Below, piece by piece: positions 62,074 through 64,000 of a DNA stretch of 64,000 nucleotides. Source of the DNA: Sphaerodactylus townsendi (taxonomy: Eukaryota); NCBI RefSeq assembly GCF_021028975.2, contig NC_059431.1:80414001-80478000 (forward strand). The letters run 5' to 3'. A program made the translations under genes and the position numbers. A model generated the notes under the pieces. That model worked only from the letters and a program-made list of their open reading frames with translations, searched no databases and had not been told where the DNA came from. The stretch's first letter is position 1; every line of letters starts with the position of its first letter.

Positions 62074-63101
62074 TTAGCAAGGGCTACTCCGAGGCGGTGG
62101 TGGACACTATGGTGGCAGCCAGACGTAGGTCCACCATCGGGATTTATAACTCATCTTGGAAGGCGTTTGCTAGGTGGTGTAGGAGAAAGCAGGTCGATCC
62201 AGAGGTTCCTTCTATTTCTTCCGTTTTGGCCTTCCTACAGGACGGTTTCGCTGGAGGCCTCCGCTCCTCCACTCTGAGGCGGCAGATCGCAGCGCTAGCC
62301 ACAGTTCTTCCATCTGTGGGTGATGTTTCCATTAGCCGCCATCCGGACGTTCTCCAGTTCCTGAAAGGGGTGAAACAGTCGCAGGCTCCAACCGTCCATC
62401 GTTTCCCCTCCTGGCGCCTCCACGCGGTGCTGGACGCGCTCACCAAGTCGCCTTTTGAGCCGGTCCAGTCCGTTCATCTCCGCTGGTTGCGCATGAAGCT
62501 CCTTTTTTTGGTGGCCATTACTTCCGCCCGACGCGTGTCGGAGCTTAGGGCCCTTTCCGTCAACCCCAACCTTTGCCAGTTTTTCCCCGACAGGGTAGTC
62601 TTGAAGTTGGACCCGACCTTCCGGCCTAAGGTCGCCTCAGAATTCCACCTGAGACAGGAGGTCGTGTTGCCTAACTTTTGTCCCAAGCCTTCTCACCCCA
62701 GGGAGCGCCTCTGGCATTGTTTGGACGTACGACGGACGCTAAAAGCGTTCCTTATACGCACTGAACAGCTTAGGAAATCTGAAGCTCTTTTTGTCAATGT
62801 GGTTCCCCCCAAATTGGGGGAAGCGATGTCAGCTGCTGCCATTAGCTCTAATATCAAAGCCTGCATTATCGAGGCACACAAGGCTAATAATCTGCCGGTG
62901 CCGAGTGGGATCACGGCCCACTCTACTAGAAGTGCAGCAGCTAATGCAGCCCTAGTCAAGCAGGTTCCCATAGACCAGATATGTAGGGCTGCCACTTGGG
63001 CGTCCCCGTCATCTTTTGTCAGACACTATAGGCTGACGTCTTTGGACGCTGTCCAGGCTTCCTTCGGCAGAAGGGTCCTGGAGCATATTATTGGAGACTA
63101 A
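60234..63101 (+). CDS. DIRS tyrosine recombinase ORF (recognisable domain from ~62050)
   Basis: TSARRVSEL (Arg), AHSTR (His-x-x-Arg), ATW, FVRHY (Tyr); the N-terminal ~610 codons overlap the RT ORF in another frame. Confidence 0.92.
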   Translation: MDGPFHRPMDSGDRFLRLLLRVPLLATGPVPPLTHQFETGKGRQVEVSDFSPAFHPSSRTSALWPGGSGGLLPFFHCPQKERGLQGHPQSPSRESFPSQVSLPHGDAQIDCSGDSTGRFPDFSRPEGCIPAHPNLPPTLPLPSFRSGKSTFPIRGSSLRPGDCAPGVYQGFGRSDSPPAQPGGPHPPLSGRPSPSVQVQSASVQGCRFGAENAVEPWFCRQPEQELCHPRPEDGAPWCSDRYLLLHPLRASSQGEKDPGVLFQGATGQIHDPAPACQPVRAPDVHHRPHPMGQGPCSASSGSTASACVAHHPEERPSAPPVALSAGQSQLVDFSEQSERGEGVCGSAATSHLHRRQPQGVGGQVEPTVCPGSLDPLSGVSTHQCPGNQGHTPSPSVLQSQYSTPTCCGAHRQRFFQMLSKSSGGVPILPAPQGGLPGPAVGGSKPDLPEGGTCSGVPQHGGGLAQSDKVVECRMEAQASGLQSNRVQIRKAGDRPVRHSPERADQRLHHSLLPPSSDRHGCSVSSLADRSPLCFPSPSPAAQVASESPGGGEGNHSGGTELAQEVVVLHASETLHNATVPSSSHSRSAVTRAPSPPGSRVAQADCMALERRGLISKGYSEAVVDTMVAARRRSTIGIYNSSWKAFARWCRRKQVDPEVPSISSVLAFLQDGFAGGLRSSTLRRQIAALATVLPSVGDVSISRHPDVLQFLKGVKQSQAPTVHRFPSWRLHAVLDALTKSPFEPVQSVHLRWLRMKLLFLVAITSARRVSELRALSVNPNLCQFFPDRVVLKLDPTFRPKVASEFHLRQEVVLPNFCPKPSHPRERLWHCLDVRRTLKAFLIRTEQLRKSEALFVNVVPPKLGEAMSAAAISSNIKACIIEAHKANNLPVPSGITAHSTRSAAANAALVKQVPIDQICRAATWASPSSFVRHYRLTSLDAVQASFGRRVLEHIIGD

Positions 63102-63136
63102 CGGAACCCACCCTATTGGGGTACTGCTTGGAGAGT

Positions 63137-63225
63137 CCCATCAAGATGGCCGGAACCACCCTAGAGAACGACCCATTGGATACTCACCGTGAATGGGTCT
63201 TCTCTCGGGTGGTGAAGGCCATCTT
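63137..63225 (+). repeat. DIRS internal complementary region (ICR)
   Basis: 63137-63168 is the reverse complement of 58162-58193; 63166-63225 is the reverse complement of 63541-63600 (1 mismatch); the halves share GAA. Confidence 0.95.
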
Positions 63226-63457
63226 GGCCCTCCCTGTTCTCGTTCTCCTCTGATAATATGCTCCCGGTAGTCTGGACTATCGCCCTGAAATAGCAATTTT
63301 GTCTGCAGGGAGTTAGTTAATCCAGTTTTTTGAATCTAGAGTTTTTGGTTCCTTCCATGTTCGCAATGTTAGAGTTTTTTCTCTTAGTTAGAGTAGGTTA
63401 ACACAGTGTTGGTGCTGTCTATTTCTCTTGTCTGCTTGTCCACTTTCTCTGCTCGTC

Positions 63458-63549
63458 AGATACTGGGTTTTGGCGCCAACAGGAAGTCACCAAAAGCTCT
63501 TCCTGCCTGACTAGCGATTGGTAAAGAAGTACAACCCATCAAGATGGCC
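63458..63549 (-). repeat. DIRS right inverted terminal repeat
   Basis: Exact reverse complement of 58179-58270. Confidence 0.95.
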
Positions 63550-63627
63550 TTCACCACCCGAGAGAAGACCCATTCATGGTGAGTATCCAATGGGTCGTTC
63601 CCTCACGCCTGCCGGAACCGGAACCTC

Positions 63628-64000
63628 GGAGTAGGATTAAGAAGGATTGGACTAAGCCACTCAACAGCAGAGGACTGCCTGCTGCAGCCAAGAGACTATA
63701 TATCGTGCCAGAATATTTTAATCAAATGCTACATGTACAACTAGTAGATGCCTCAGGGGCAGGGTTGCAGTCTGGAGGCCCATTATCCCGGGAGGGATAC
63801 CCTAAAAACTCACTAGACAAAAGGTCTGATGTGGCGCTGAGGAGGGCGCACAAGTAGTTTGCAATGTCCATCAAAGTACTCGTTACTTCATCAATGATGG
63901 CCAGTACATCCATAGTGTGGATTAGGCGCCTACTGGACATGGTTCCACATGAGGACACAGGTATTAGAGAGGGTTTGGAAAGAGTGTTGATAGCAAATTC
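63628..64000 (+). mobile_element. Older DIRS ORF1, continuation (runs off the window)
   Basis: RIKKDWTKP.NSRGLP....RLY...LVDA..AGLQSGG.....LDKRSDVALRRAH is homologous to young ORF1 KFRKEWINP.SNKGFP....KLY...LVDG..TALHSGG.....VDRKAEASLRRVH; premature stop. Confidence 0.88.

Larger units (their letters stand above)
58162..63600 (+). mobile_element. Full-length DIRS1-type tyrosine-recombinase retrotransposon
   Basis: Three long ORFs, identical 92-bp inverted repeats, internal complementary region, TTC at both termini. Confidence 0.96.

Noticed and set aside
58303-62995. Minus-strand ORFs within the DIRS element
   Set aside because: Antisense shadows of GC-rich coding sequence with no motifs.

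Overview
Vertebrate genomic DNA, almost certainly squamate and probably gecko (Squam3-type SINEs, CR1, Penelope, L1, DIRS, many hAT and Tc2-like MITEs). Two recognisable genes face away from each other: the first coding exon of KIAA2026/BRD10 (minus strand, 8305-8840) and the first coding exon of UHRF2 (plus strand, 45277-45429), each in a CpG island. In mammals this interval holds IL33. Reading splice sites by hand between them gives a phase-compatible plus-strand exon chain: 23642/23685-23696, 26292-26403, 28251-28286, 31158-31252, optional 33733-33777, 36575-36769. It encodes a 149-164 aa IL-1-family beta-trefoil protein with IL-33 signature motifs and IL33-like intron positions, i.e. a candidate reptilian IL-33 orthologue, a cytokine commonly described as mammal-specific. 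It appears to lack the N-terminal nuclear domain, the caspase site and most redox cysteines of mammalian IL-33. UHRF2 intron 1 contains an apparently intact DIRS1-type tyrosine-recombinase retrotransposon (58162-63600), nested in a short TSD-flanked insert, itself nested in an older DIRS copy. All protein comparisons are by eye against sequences recalled from memory; no searches were run.
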